From the NCBI GenBank assembly GCA_963729625.1, contig CAVSOU010000011.1, positions 544,001-608,000 on the forward strand: DNA of 64,000 nt, in the 5' to 3' direction. The position numbers and the translations under genes were made by a program. Below are positions 49,243-58,704 of this stretch, in pieces. The number at the start of each line of letters is the position of its first letter. The stretch's first letter is position 1. The DNA comes from an uncultured bacterium (GTDB taxonomy: Bacteria; Chloroflexota; UBA5177; JANWHV01). Below the pieces are notes generated by a model. That model worked only from the letters and a program-made list of their open reading frames with translations. It was not told the origin of the DNA and ran no database searches.

Positions 49243-50475
49243 CTACGACCGATATGCGCCGACGGCCGGCATCATGGCACTACTCCCAGGCCCGAAATAC
49301 CGCAGCAGGACGAGCGGTTCGTGGCCGGTGTTCGCAACCGTGAAGCCGGCGCGTGCGCGCTCATTGCTGACAAAGAATTCGTCCCAGGTATCCTCGCCGT
49401 AGCGCGTGGAGGTGAGCGCTTCCACGGCAAATGGCCCGACGGTCCCGTGTCCCTGGATGACGATCACGCCGCTCGCCCCGGTATCACGCAAGGTTACTGA
49501 CGCTCCCGCCTGAACGCGCAGCTCGCGTGCCGAGAAGAGATCCTGTCCCTCGATCAGGCCATAGATCACCCAGCAATCCTCGAAGCCATCCCTGCCGGTG
49601 TCGCCGATGGTAATGGGTTCGAGGTAGTGGTGTTGCTTGAACGCCGGGTCGAGATTCGCGCTCCAGTCGATCATGCTGACCAGGAAGTCCAGGTCGCGGT
49701 GCTTCTCCGGCGACACGCTTTTGACCAGCGAGCTCCACGGGTTCACACGCCCGTCGACCAGGGATTGGAACTCCGCGCTCACATCCGAGCCCCACTGTAC
49801 CTCGTAGGTGCACAGCGAACCCGGGGCATGCATGATGCCCGGAGGAATGATCCAGCCCGTGCCGGGCCTCAAGCGGTAGGCTCGCGACAGATCCAGGATG
49901 CCGTTGTCACCCTGGTCCCAGCGCTCGAGGCAACGGTAGATATCCTTCTCCGTCGTGCCCGATTCCAGCCCGAAGAACGTGTACGGAAACAAGTTGGTGG
50001 CAGCGTTCAGCTGTGTGGGAAAGTAATAGGCTTCCGGTTTCTGTTGCTGCCCGACGAGGCTGGCGTGCTCCTGCTTCTGGTGCAGATGCAGGGGGATCGC
50101 GCCCAGGTTGTCGAAGAACTTGCAGAGCGCCGGCCAGCGACCCCAGGCGGCCATCATGTCCTTGCCGATCAGCGCTGCACCTGCCGCGGAGACGGCTTCG
50201 CGCAACAGGAAGCGCCGAGCGTCGACGCCGACCACGTGGCTCAAACCCTCCTCCGCCGGCGTATTCGGTCCGTTGTCTGCCTCGGTCGTCGAGGCAATCC
50301 AGCGCTCGTTGATGCCGCCACGTGATGCGCCGAGCGCATAGAGGTCCTGCTCGGCCAGGCGCAGCCGTCTCCCAGGGATCATGCCGACCCGCGGTACCCA
50401 CGTGGGCGCCAGGTGGAGGATGCCGTCGCCGGCTTCCAGTGCGTCCTCGACACACCGCGAGATGTTTGGCTCCAT
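49243..50475 (-). CDS. Cupin-fold sugar(-phosphate) isomerase-like protein (PMI-related)
   Basis: ERW..STT, KFFDN...IPLHLHQ, KPEAYYF, HAPGSLCTYE metal-ligand pattern. Confidence 0.7.
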   Translation of the reverse strand: MEPNISRCVEDALEAGDGILHLAPTWVPRVGMIPGRRLRLAEQDLYALGASRGGINERWIASTTEADNGPNTPAEEGLSHVVGVDARRFLLREAVSAAGAALIGKDMMAAWGRWPALCKFFDNLGAIPLHLHQKQEHASLVGQQQKPEAYYFPTQLNAATNLFPYTFFGLESGTTEKDIYRCLERWDQGDNGILDLSRAYRLRPGTGWIIPPGIMHAPGSLCTYEVQWGSDVSAEFQSLVDGRVNPWSSLVKSVSPEKHRDLDFLVSMIDWSANLDPAFKQHHYLEPITIGDTGRDGFEDCWVIYGLIEGQDLFSARELRVQAGASVTLRDTGASGVIVIQGHGTVGPFAVEALTSTRYGEDTWDEFFVSNERARAGFTVANTGHEPLVLLRYFGPGSSAMMPAVGAYRS

Positions 50476-50493
50476 TGCGGCCCTCCTTCTCCG

Positions 50494-51438
50494 TCAGCCG
50501 CGCTCGGGACCGACCGGCGCTGCGCCCGCCCCTACGGCGGTGCTGTACACGTCGATGGCTCGGCAATATTGGTCGGCAATCTGACGCGCCGCTGCCGGCC
50601 GGTCAAGCGATCCGGCCAGGTAGCCCTTGATAGCCTCCCACCAGAGTGTCCGGCCGATGGCGAACCCGATATAGCCCGGAACACCCGCCGCCTGCCGCAG
50701 CCAGTGCTCTACACGTGGCTGATCCGCCGCGCGGCCGAGTACGACGCACCCCACGTGCGCACGTCCCTCGCCCCGAATTGCGGCCGCCACGCGCGCGCAA
50801 TCCGCGCGCTGCTCGAGGCCTTCTATTTTCCAGACATCGGTCTCCACGCCCGCCTCCTGGAGCGCATCGATCATCCGCAGCGTCAACGCCGGCCGCACTT
50901 CGGCGTCAAAGCGAAAGGCGTCACCGCCAACTGTTGCCAGCTGCGGAGCGGTGGGCGGGATGACCACCTCAAGAAGCAGCTTGCGATCGTGATCGTGCAG
51001 CCAGTCCGCCAGAAGCCGGAGACGAGAGGCCTGGCGCGCGTTGAGGGCCGCATCCCCGTCCGGATTGTAGCGCACGAGGACCTTGGCGAAGGGTGTCCCC
51101 ACCGCGGCTAGATGCTCGCCGAATTCGTCTCCGTACGCGAACTCCAACTCCGCTCCCCCGCTCTTCTCCACGCAAACCGCGGAGATCTCACCCGCGGCCA
51201 CTGCTCGCTTCGCGATACCGATGCCAAACTGCTCGTCCACCAGAATGCCGGCCTCATCCTTCGAGACACCCCGCGCCAGCGCGAGGTGGAACCCGTCGTA
51301 GATGACCTCTTTCGCGTCGAGCATGCGTGCGCTAACGTCAGGCGTGGCCTCGCCCGTGCTGTTGAGAAGTCCTTTCTGCAGCGTCCCGCGATGGTCGAAC
51401 GCAAGAATATACAGCGGACGGTCGTACCCAAGGGTCAT
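50494..51438 (-). CDS. DUF2090 class I aldolase-like protein (IolC C-terminal / LacD-like)
   Basis: LAFDHR, GILVDEQFG, KVLVRYNP, LLEV, DVWKIEG (Schiff-base Lys), VLGR, GFAIGRT. Confidence 0.88.
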   Translation of the reverse strand: MTLGYDRPLYILAFDHRGTLQKGLLNSTGEATPDVSARMLDAKEVIYDGFHLALARGVSKDEAGILVDEQFGIGIAKRAVAAGEISAVCVEKSGGAELEFAYGDEFGEHLAAVGTPFAKVLVRYNPDGDAALNARQASRLRLLADWLHDHDRKLLLEVVIPPTAPQLATVGGDAFRFDAEVRPALTLRMIDALQEAGVETDVWKIEGLEQRADCARVAAAIRGEGRAHVGCVVLGRAADQPRVEHWLRQAAGVPGYIGFAIGRTLWWEAIKGYLAGSLDRPAAARQIADQYCRAIDVYSTAVGAGAAPVGPERG

Positions 51439-51502
51439 GAACTCGTTCTCCTACTCAACTACGTGCCATGGATGCGCTCTGTTCCGACTCGACCAGCCGC
51501 AC

Positions 51503-52033
51503 TCATGCCTCTACCAGTCCGCGCAGGTACGCAATGCACTGCGCCACACAGTCGGCGAAAGGTGCCTCGGTGTCGACGACCAGCCGCTCCTCCTGCAGTG
51601 GTTCAAGGTTTGCCTTGAGCCGCAAATACAACTCGAAATTCCGATTTCCGGCCGGGTGCCGCGCATCGCTTTCGTCCTGATCCAGCCGTAGTCTCGCGGA
51701 CTGCTCAGAGCAGACACACTCTATGAAACGCAGCGGTAGCGCATGTTTCGTAGCGAACGACACGACGTCCTGGCGCTGATAGCGCCAGATAAACGGCCGG
51801 CCGTCGAGAATGATGCGCTTCTCTGGATCCTTGGCAGACAAGTAGCCTGCTACCTGGAGCATGATCGACAGGCAGAAATCGTCCTGGGGCGTCGAATACT
51901 CGATCTCGCCCGGTGGGAACAAAGCAGCACGGATCGCGTCTTTGTCAAGCAGGACGGCCGGCAGTTGTTTGGCCAGCTCGCGCCCCAGCGCGCTCTTCCC
52001 GGCTCCCGGCAGTCCTGCCATCGCAATGAGCAT
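51503..52033 (-). CDS. Small P-loop kinase (AAA_33 / gluconokinase-like)
   Basis: GLPGAGKS, DKDAIR, IILDG, R.R lid. Confidence 0.85.
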   Translation of the reverse strand: MLIAMAGLPGAGKSALGRELAKQLPAVLLDKDAIRAALFPPGEIEYSTPQDDFCLSIMLQVAGYLSAKDPEKRIILDGRPFIWRYQRQDVVSFATKHALPLRFIECVCSEQSARLRLDQDESDARHPAGNRNFELYLRLKANLEPLQEERLVVDTEAPFADCVAQCIAYLRGLVEA

Positions 52034-52110
52034 GTCCGTCTTCTCCCGCTATCGGGTTGGCTTGGCGCTGATTCCGCCTACCGGACCGTCAGCTCGCCTG
52101 TCTCGCCGGT

Positions 52111-53079
52111 TCACTTGCGTATCTCCCGCCCTGCCGGGTTGCGCGCGTCAAGAAAGGCCTCGACGTCCGAACGGCCCGGTATCCCCGCCTGGCCGCCGGG
52201 GCGCGTAGCCTTCAGCGCGGCGGCAGCCGAGGCGAAGTGAATTCGGTCGCCCACGGGCGCGCCGCGGGCCAACGCCGAAGCATAGGCGCCGTGAAAGACA
52301 TCGCCGCACCCGGTCGTGTCCACGGCGCTCACGGGGTATGCCGGCACATGTTCAACATGAGGATACAGGGCACGCGACGTATACCAGCAGCCGTCGACGC
52401 CGCAGGTTACGACGACCACGTCGCACGCGTCGGCCCACAGAGCGGAAACCGCGCGGCTGGGGTCGGATTCGCCTGTGAGCTTCTCGGCATAGTCACGTGA
52501 CACAATGAGATGGTTCACCAGCGCTTGCAGAGCCGGCAATCCGGAGGCGACCACGTCGCCCTCGAAATCGGCGACCACGGGGATACCCGCGTCTCGCGCG
52601 ATCGTTGCCGCGCCGACCATCCCTTCCAGGCCATACGGATCGACGAAGAGCACCCGCGACGAACGGACAGCCTCAGCCACATGGGTCGCGTCTGGAGCGC
52701 CGAGGGCGCCGGCCGGATCAAAGAACAGGGTGCGCGTCGCGCGCCCGATCTCCACGATGACGGTCGAGTGGATTGGCCGCGCGTCTGTCAAGCGCACCAA
52801 GCGCGTGAGATCGATGCCTTCCGCGGCCAGCCTCGCGACGACGAACGACGACAGATCGTCATAGCCCAGGATGCCCGCATACATGCAGCGAGAGCCGAGT
52901 CGGGCAGCGGCCACCAACGCGGTTGCCGTCAGCCCGCCACAGTGCCGCTCCTGACGTTGCACCCGTATCTTCGAATCGACAGGCGGATATGCCTCGACGT
53001 AGAGCAGGTCGTCGACCGCAGCGGAGCCCAGACCAAGCACATCGATCATGCCATCGGGCGAAAGAGAGATGTCAGTCAT
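52111..53079 (-). CDS. PfkB family carbohydrate kinase
   Basis: GG..ATALVAAARLG, VVVTCG..G, VDTTGCGDVFHGA. Confidence 0.95.
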   Translation of the reverse strand: MTDISLSPDGMIDVLGLGSAAVDDLLYVEAYPPVDSKIRVQRQERHCGGLTATALVAAARLGSRCMYAGILGYDDLSSFVVARLAAEGIDLTRLVRLTDARPIHSTVIVEIGRATRTLFFDPAGALGAPDATHVAEAVRSSRVLFVDPYGLEGMVGAATIARDAGIPVVADFEGDVVASGLPALQALVNHLIVSRDYAEKLTGESDPSRAVSALWADACDVVVVTCGVDGCWYTSRALYPHVEHVPAYPVSAVDTTGCGDVFHGAYASALARGAPVGDRIHFASAAAALKATRPGGQAGIPGRSDVEAFLDARNPAGREIRK

Positions 53080-53109
53080 GATGTGTGTCCCACGACGTAC
53101 TGAGTTCTG

Positions 53110-54537
53110 TCATCCCAATTTCCCCGGATAGCGCTGGTTGAGGGCAATGACCAACGCAGCCAGGCCCCGGCGGCGTGCCGTCTCCGCGAAGCGCGTCACA
53201 TAGCTTTCCAGCGGTGCCACCGAGACTTCGCCTGTGCGATGCAGGTCGATGGCCTGCAGCATCGCCTCGGCGCCAAGCTGCGAATCGGGATGGCCCTCGG
53301 CATTCCTGATCGAGTTAATGGCCGATCCGGCCAGGAAGAGAACGCTCTCGGCCAGACCGTGCTCTTCGGCGTCAGCCAGGTTCGGTCCGATATTGCCCTG
53401 GTCGAGAGCGCCTGCACGGGCCACCATGGTCGGCCGAATCCCGGGCACCGCGTGCGTAAGCGCATGCTCGGAGGCCCGCCATTCGGCGCCATAGGGGCGG
53501 ATGTACGGCGCACCCGGGCGCACCGGCGCCGTCTGGCGGAGATCGATGCCGTCCAGACGCGCCAGGTAATCTATTATCTCGCGCCACATGCCGCGGGTCT
53601 TGACGCAGATACCGGCGTTGTGCCCGTAGATGACCGGCGGGTGCTCCATGTGCCGCGTGGCGTCACGGACCATGCGCACGGTTCCACCCGCGAAGGATTC
53701 GCTGAACATCACGCCGGTGGCCCCCGCGGCGCATACCGCGTGTACCGTCTCCAGAATCTCGTGGGGCGCGCCGGTGATATGAGGCGCGAAGATCAGCCCG
53801 TGACCACCCCTGGCGTCCCGTGTTCGCTCGATGGCCGCGACGGCACGTCGCGTCCGTTCCGCCACCGGGGAGTATGGAAGATCGGGATAAAGGTTCTCAT
53901 CTTCCTTGACGAAGATGAAGAGCGGACAGGCGGCAACATCGTCCATCAGGGCCCCGACGTCCTCGGCCGTAATCCCCGCGGTCGGCTTGAGGATGGTGCC
54001 AAAGGCCGGCTGTTCGGGCGCTATACCGGTCAGTTTGCGGATGCCCCCTGGACCGTATGCCGGGCCGGGGAAGCTGGAGAGGACCTGCTGCGGGATCTGC
54101 AACCCGACCAGGCGAGCGTCCATGTGCTCGTAGAAATCGAAAATGACGGCGTTGCAGACCGTGTGCAGCACGTCAACAGAGGTGAGATGACCATCGGGGT
54201 GCAGCAGCATCTTGAGCGGAAACGCCATGTGCACGACGCCAATGCGCCCGCTGGGGTCGAATGCATCGATGCCGACCCCGCGCCCGGTGCACTGCTCCAA
54301 CAGCGAGCCCGGTGGCACATGCCGCGTGCCGCTGGTCGCGTGGTAGCTGATCTCCGGAACGGCCTCGGCGAGCGTTATCGACCGCAAAGCGAAGAAATAG
54401 GTCGCTACGATCGCATCGTCCAGCTTGGGCGCGGGCTGAGCGTCCAGGCTCGCCTGCACAACCTGCCGAAGCTGGGACTCGGAAGCGTCGAAATCGTGTG
54501 ACAGTGCCTCGATCGTCTGTGTGTTCAGCGATGTCAC
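53110..54537 (-). CDS. RuBisCO-like protein (form IV), divergent
   Basis: FPGP.YG..GIR, GTILKP..G, carbamylation motif KEDEN, IYGH, LARL.G.D, AG.AI....HP; no rbcS or prk in the window. Confidence 0.85.
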   Translation of the reverse strand: MTSLNTQTIEALSHDFDASESQLRQVVQASLDAQPAPKLDDAIVATYFFALRSITLAEAVPEISYHATSGTRHVPPGSLLEQCTGRGVGIDAFDPSGRIGVVHMAFPLKMLLHPDGHLTSVDVLHTVCNAVIFDFYEHMDARLVGLQIPQQVLSSFPGPAYGPGGIRKLTGIAPEQPAFGTILKPTAGITAEDVGALMDDVAACPLFIFVKEDENLYPDLPYSPVAERTRRAVAAIERTRDARGGHGLIFAPHITGAPHEILETVHAVCAAGATGVMFSESFAGGTVRMVRDATRHMEHPPVIYGHNAGICVKTRGMWREIIDYLARLDGIDLRQTAPVRPGAPYIRPYGAEWRASEHALTHAVPGIRPTMVARAGALDQGNIGPNLADAEEHGLAESVLFLAGSAINSIRNAEGHPDSQLGAEAMLQAIDLHRTGEVSVAPLESYVTRFAETARRRGLAALVIALNQRYPGKLG

Positions 54538-54609
54538 TCTGTCCCTCTTTTCTCTGTCAACAATGTGCTGGCTGCCTCACACACCGGGCATCCTTGTTCC
54601 CGAGACACG

Positions 54610-54640
54610 ATTCATGAAACGGAAGCTTGTATTCATGAAA
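54610..54640. promoter_or_regulatory. Paired operator ATTCATGAAA x2, 21-bp period, upstream of the RLP gene
   Basis: Identical 10-mers at 54610-54619 and 54631-54640, each with palindromic core TTCATGAA. Confidence 0.6.
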
Positions 54641-54696
54641 ATACCGGCATAACCACCTATTGCCCCGCCAACGAGAATGTCGGCTCCGCGGGCATG

Positions 54697-55329
54697 TCAT
54701 GCGGCGAGCACCTGGCGTGCCACCCGCACCGCACTGGAAGCATCCGTCGCGTAGCCGTCCGCCCCAATCTCATCCGCGTAGGCCTTGGTGATCGGCGCCC
54801 CACCTACCAGAATCCGCACCTGCCCCCGCAGCCCCGCCGCCTCAATCGCCGCGATGATCACCTTCATGTTCGTCATCGTGGTCGTCAGCAACGCCGACAT
54901 CGCCACCACGTTGGCCCCGTCGTGGATGGCTTGCACGAACTTCTCCGGCGCCACGTCCACCCCCAGGTCCATAATCTCAAAGCCCGAGCCTTCCAGCATC
55001 ATGGCGACCAGGTTCTTGCCAATGTCGTGCAAGTCCCCCTGCACCGTGCCGATGGCCACTTTGCCGCTCGATGCCACCCCTTCCTCCACCAGGTGCGGCT
55101 TGAGCACCGCCAACGCCCCGCTCATGGCCCGTGCGGCCACCAGCATCTCGGGCACGAAGACTTCTCCCTCTTCGTACAACTGGCCGACCTTGGCCATGGC
55201 CGCGATCAGCCCCTCGCGCAGCAGCGTGCCTGCATCGATGCCCTCGGCCAGTCCCTGCGTGACCTTGGCCACGGCGACCTTCGCCTGTCCCTCGACGACC
55301 GCCTCACGTAGCTCCTCGAGTACTGCCAT
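54697..55329 (-). CDS. Corrinoid (B12-binding) methyl-carrier protein, MtbC/MttC/MetH-cap type
   Basis: M..VG.LYE.GE.FVPEML.AARAM; GDLHDIGKNLV (DxHxxG); DLGVDV; SALLTTT; VGGAP; IGADGY. Confidence 0.96.
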   Translation of the reverse strand: MAVLEELREAVVEGQAKVAVAKVTQGLAEGIDAGTLLREGLIAAMAKVGQLYEEGEVFVPEMLVAARAMSGALAVLKPHLVEEGVASSGKVAIGTVQGDLHDIGKNLVAMMLEGSGFEIMDLGVDVAPEKFVQAIHDGANVVAMSALLTTTMTNMKVIIAAIEAAGLRGQVRILVGGAPITKAYADEIGADGYATDASSAVRVARQVLAA

Positions 55330-55521
55330 GATGTTTCAACTCCACCTTCTACGCTTCATAATCCCGATCCGATAGGAACGGCCACAAGCAGCCGCGACCA
55401 TCTCACGATCGCCAAATGCCTGAGGACCGTTCCTGGTTCGAAGTATATTGTAGTCACCGCCGCCTCACTTCCTCCAGTTTCTCCACCTGCTGTCGTGACG
55501 AGGAATCCGCGCACATGCTGG

Positions 55522-56301
55522 TCACGTTCCGTCCGCCAGCACCAGCACGCACTGGCGACGCGGATGCGTCGTCACATAGATCGGAGTTCGGTAGATCTCC
55601 GAGAGCAGGGGCGCGGTGAGTGTCTCGGCGGGCGATCCCACCGCCGCCAGACGGCCGTGGTGCATGAGGGCAATGTCGTCCGCATAGGCCGAAGCAAGGT
55701 TGAGGTCATGCAGGATCACCAGGATCGCTTTGCCGTGCTCGGCCAGCTTGCGGCTCAAACGCATCACCAGTTCCTGGTGCCCGATGTCCAGGCTTGCCGT
55801 GGGCTCGTCGAGCAGCAACACGCCAGTCTCCTGAGCCAGGGCGCGGGCCAGCAACGTACGCGAGGCCTCGCCGCCGGAGAGCGTCGGATAGGCGCGCGCT
55901 CGGAACGGCTCCATTTCCGTGCTTGCCAGTGCCTGCCGGACGATCCGCCGATCTTCAACGGGCGAGATATCGCGGCGGGCAGCATGGGGATAGCGCCCCA
56001 TGCCCACCACATGCTCTACCTGGAAGGCGAAATAGATCAGCGCGTGCTGGGTCATTACAGCCCGCAGGCGCGCCAAATGGAGCGCGGAGTACGACCGTAG
56101 CGGACGACCCTCGAGCAGAATCTTTCCCGCGGTCGGCTGCAAATCGCCGGCCAGCAGGCGGAGCAGTGTCGATTTGCCGGCGCCGTTCGGCCCTACAAGC
56201 GCCAGGACACGGCCGGGCGTGAGCGAGAGGCTCACGTCACTGACCAGCGGGCTCGGCCCCGCGTGATAGGTGACGTGGTCGGCAGCCAATGCTGGCATCA
56301 T
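55522..56301 (-). CDS. Heme/cobalamin-type ABC transporter ATP-binding protein (HmuV-like)
   Basis: GPNGAGKST, YPTLSGGE..R..LARALAQ, LDEPT..LD..HQ, LHDLNLA. Confidence 0.92.
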   Translation of the reverse strand: MMPALAADHVTYHAGPSPLVSDVSLSLTPGRVLALVGPNGAGKSTLLRLLAGDLQPTAGKILLEGRPLRSYSALHLARLRAVMTQHALIYFAFQVEHVVGMGRYPHAARRDISPVEDRRIVRQALASTEMEPFRARAYPTLSGGEASRTLLARALAQETGVLLLDEPTASLDIGHQELVMRLSRKLAEHGKAILVILHDLNLASAYADDIALMHHGRLAAVGSPAETLTAPLLSEIYRTPIYVTTHPRRQCVLVLADGT

Positions 56302-57398
56302 ATCCGGCGACCGCTGAGTGTGCTCTTGTGACGGACGAGCCAGAGGAAATAGGGACAGCCGGCCAGTGCGGTCAGCGATCCAACCGGTATCTCCGCGGGC
56401 GAGGCAATGGTGCGTGCCAGCACATCGGCGAGCACCACCAGCAGCGCCCCGACCAATGCGCTCGCTGGTAGAACTACGGCATGGTCGGGCCCCAGCAGCA
56501 TGCGCATGAGGTGCGGGACAAGCAATCCGACGAACCCCACGATACCGACAACGGCCACTGCGGTCGCCGTGAGCAGCGAGGTGGCAGCAAGGAGGATGAG
56601 CCGTGACCGCGCCACGTGGACGCCGAGGTAGTACGCGTCACGATCGCCGAGAGAAAGGAGATCCAGTGCCCGTGTCCAGCGCGACAAGAAGAGTATGCCA
56701 ATCAAGGCAAGTGGCGCCGCGACAGCCACGTCATTCCAGACTGCCCCGCTCAGACTGCCGAGCTCCCAGAACGATACGCTGTTGAGCGCGGCGTTGTTTG
56801 TAGCGGCGATGAGCAGCCCAACCGCCCCGGCGACGATTGCGTTGACCGCAATGCCGGCAAGCACCATGGTCAGCATGTCGGCCTGGCCATCGTGGACCGC
56901 CAGCATGTAGACGATGCCGGTTGCCGCCAGACTGCCGCAGGCAGCCGCCGGCAACATAGCCACCAGGCCAAGGCTTGATCCGCCGATCCACAGCATCAGC
57001 ACAGTGCCCAGAGAGGCGCCGGCCGAGCTGCCAAGCACCGCGGGATCTGCCAGGGGATTGCGCAGGAGACCCTGCAGCGTCGCCCCGGATAGGCCCAGAC
57101 AACAGCCGACTAACGCGCCGAGCAGCACCCGCGGCAGGCGAAGGGACCACAGCACGCCGTCCTGAATGCCATCGGGTGAGGCGATGCCCGGCCACCCCGC
57201 GTGGCGCAGAAGAATGCCGGCAACCTGAGGCACGCTGATCGCCACATCTCCTATGCAGAGGCTCAGGAGCATTGCGAACAGCAGGGCGGCAACCAGCGCA
57301 ATGAATGTGAGCCAACGCCTTGACGTCGAGACCGCGCTGTGCGGTGGGTCCAGGCGTTGGCTCATCTCTCCCGCGTCGTCGCCGGCCAATGCGGGCAC
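56298..57398 (-). CDS. FecCD/BtuC-family permease (HmuU-like); alternative start 57365
   Basis: RLPRVL, LQGLLRNPLADP..LG.S.GA, GIVGFVGLLVPH, EIPVG.LTAL.G.PYF. Confidence 0.93.
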   Translation of the reverse strand: MPALAGDDAGEMSQRLDPPHSAVSTSRRWLTFIALVAALLFAMLLSLCIGDVAISVPQVAGILLRHAGWPGIASPDGIQDGVLWSLRLPRVLLGALVGCCLGLSGATLQGLLRNPLADPAVLGSSAGASLGTVLMLWIGGSSLGLVAMLPAAACGSLAATGIVYMLAVHDGQADMLTMVLAGIAVNAIVAGAVGLLIAATNNAALNSVSFWELGSLSGAVWNDVAVAAPLALIGILFLSRWTRALDLLSLGDRDAYYLGVHVARSRLILLAATSLLTATAVAVVGIVGFVGLLVPHLMRMLLGPDHAVVLPASALVGALLVVLADVLARTIASPAEIPVGSLTALAGCPYFLWLVRHKSTLSGRRI

Positions 57399-58402
57399 TA
57401 CTTCAACTCGGGATGCAGTCCATGGACCAGCTGGGCGAGAGCCTGGCCGGTTCGCGGGCCCATGTTGCCCAGGAAGTCATCCTCATAAATGAGCACGCGA
57501 TGTGCGCGACCGGCCGGAGTCAGAGAGACCCCCGGCAATTTGAGCAGCCCCGCCATGCCGCCGACAGAAGCGGCACCGGACTTGAAGACCAGCAGGATGT
57601 CGGGACGGGCCTTCACGAGCGCTTCGGGGGTGAGAGGGACGTAGCCGAAGATGCCGGATGCGCCGGCGGAATCCACGCCGCCGGCGGCGGTAATCAGCGT
57701 GCTAAAGCTGCTGCCCTTTCCCGCGATCAGGTACGTGTTGGCCTGCGCTTGCACGAGCATGAACACGACGCGCGGCCTGCTCGTGGCCCGTTTGGCGAGG
57801 GCTTCCGCGGCGGCGATCTGGGCGCCGACCACTTTGTCCAATCGCTGTCCCGCCGCGACAACGCCGAGTGCCGCTGCCACCTCGGCTATGCGCCCTTGCA
57901 CTGCCTGTATCAGGTTGCCGGTGATCGTCGTATCGCCTGACTTGATGATCACGACTCGCACGCCGGAGCTGCGCAACTGGGAGATCACGGACGGTGGTCC
58001 GGCGTCGGGAGTGCCGATGATTATGGAGGGCTTGAGCGCAAGAATAGGCTCTGCCGTGAGCTGGCGCTGATAGCCGATGTTGTGGAGCCGCGCCGCCGCG
58101 GCCGGGTAGGTCGCGCTGAGATCGGTACCCACCACGTCGTTGCCCAGGCCAAGTGCCCAGATGATTTCCGCCACATCCCCATTCAGAGCTACGATGCGCA
58201 TTGGGCTCGGCGCCACCGCGACAGCATCACTGTGGGACGCGTGGGCCGCGGGCGCGGGGTTATATATGGGGGCGGCAGCGCCAAGAGCCAGCAGCACCAG
58301 GAGCGTGCCGATAGCACTTGCCCGTCCGACGCCGCCCAACTTCGAGAAGCGCCGCGGCGTCTTTGCGATAGGGGACGGCACGCCAGAAATGGAGTAGTGC
58401 AT
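57398..58402 (-). CDS. Heme/cobalamin-type substrate-binding protein (HmuT/PhuT-like)
   Basis: RIVAL.G..AEIIWALG, VGTD.S.TYP, IGYQRQL..E.IL.L.P; AGGAGG RBS before ATG 58402. Confidence 0.88.
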   Translation of the reverse strand: MHYSISGVPSPIAKTPRRFSKLGGVGRASAIGTLLVLLALGAAAPIYNPAPAAHASHSDAVAVAPSPMRIVALNGDVAEIIWALGLGNDVVGTDLSATYPAAAARLHNIGYQRQLTAEPILALKPSIIIGTPDAGPPSVISQLRSSGVRVVIIKSGDTTITGNLIQAVQGRIAEVAAALGVVAAGQRLDKVVGAQIAAAEALAKRATSRPRVVFMLVQAQANTYLIAGKGSSFSTLITAAGGVDSAGASGIFGYVPLTPEALVKARPDILLVFKSGAASVGGMAGLLKLPGVSLTPAGRAHRVLIYEDDFLGNMGPRTGQALAQLVHGLHPELK

Positions 58403-58704
58403 GTGTTCCTCCTTTGCCATTCACGAGCCCTCACTCAGCTTCGACAACTCGAAATGCGAAGCCTGATTCCTCATTTCACATGGCGCCTGTCAACTCGAGG
58501 GCTACACGTATCGTATCCTGTCAGGGGGTCTGCGTGACGCGTCCGCCCGTGGAGACATTGTCCCGATGACTGAAGTGCTACTCCAGAGCAGACAGTCCCC
58601 GCCCGTGAGAAAATGAGCACGTCCGCACTCGTTGTCGGTCCGAACTCACGATGGACCGGTGACGAACGGTTGAGGCGCGAATCTGTTTTTCGTGGAGCGT
58701 AGAG

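Noticed and set aside
53110-54537. Carbon-fixing RuBisCO / Calvin cycle
   Set aside because: Several carboxylase-essential residues appear substituted and there is no rbcS, prk or cbbX in the window.
58420-58700. Cobalamin riboswitch upstream of the ABC importer
   Set aside because: I could not find the GGGAA / GCCACTG / B12-box elements on the minus strand.
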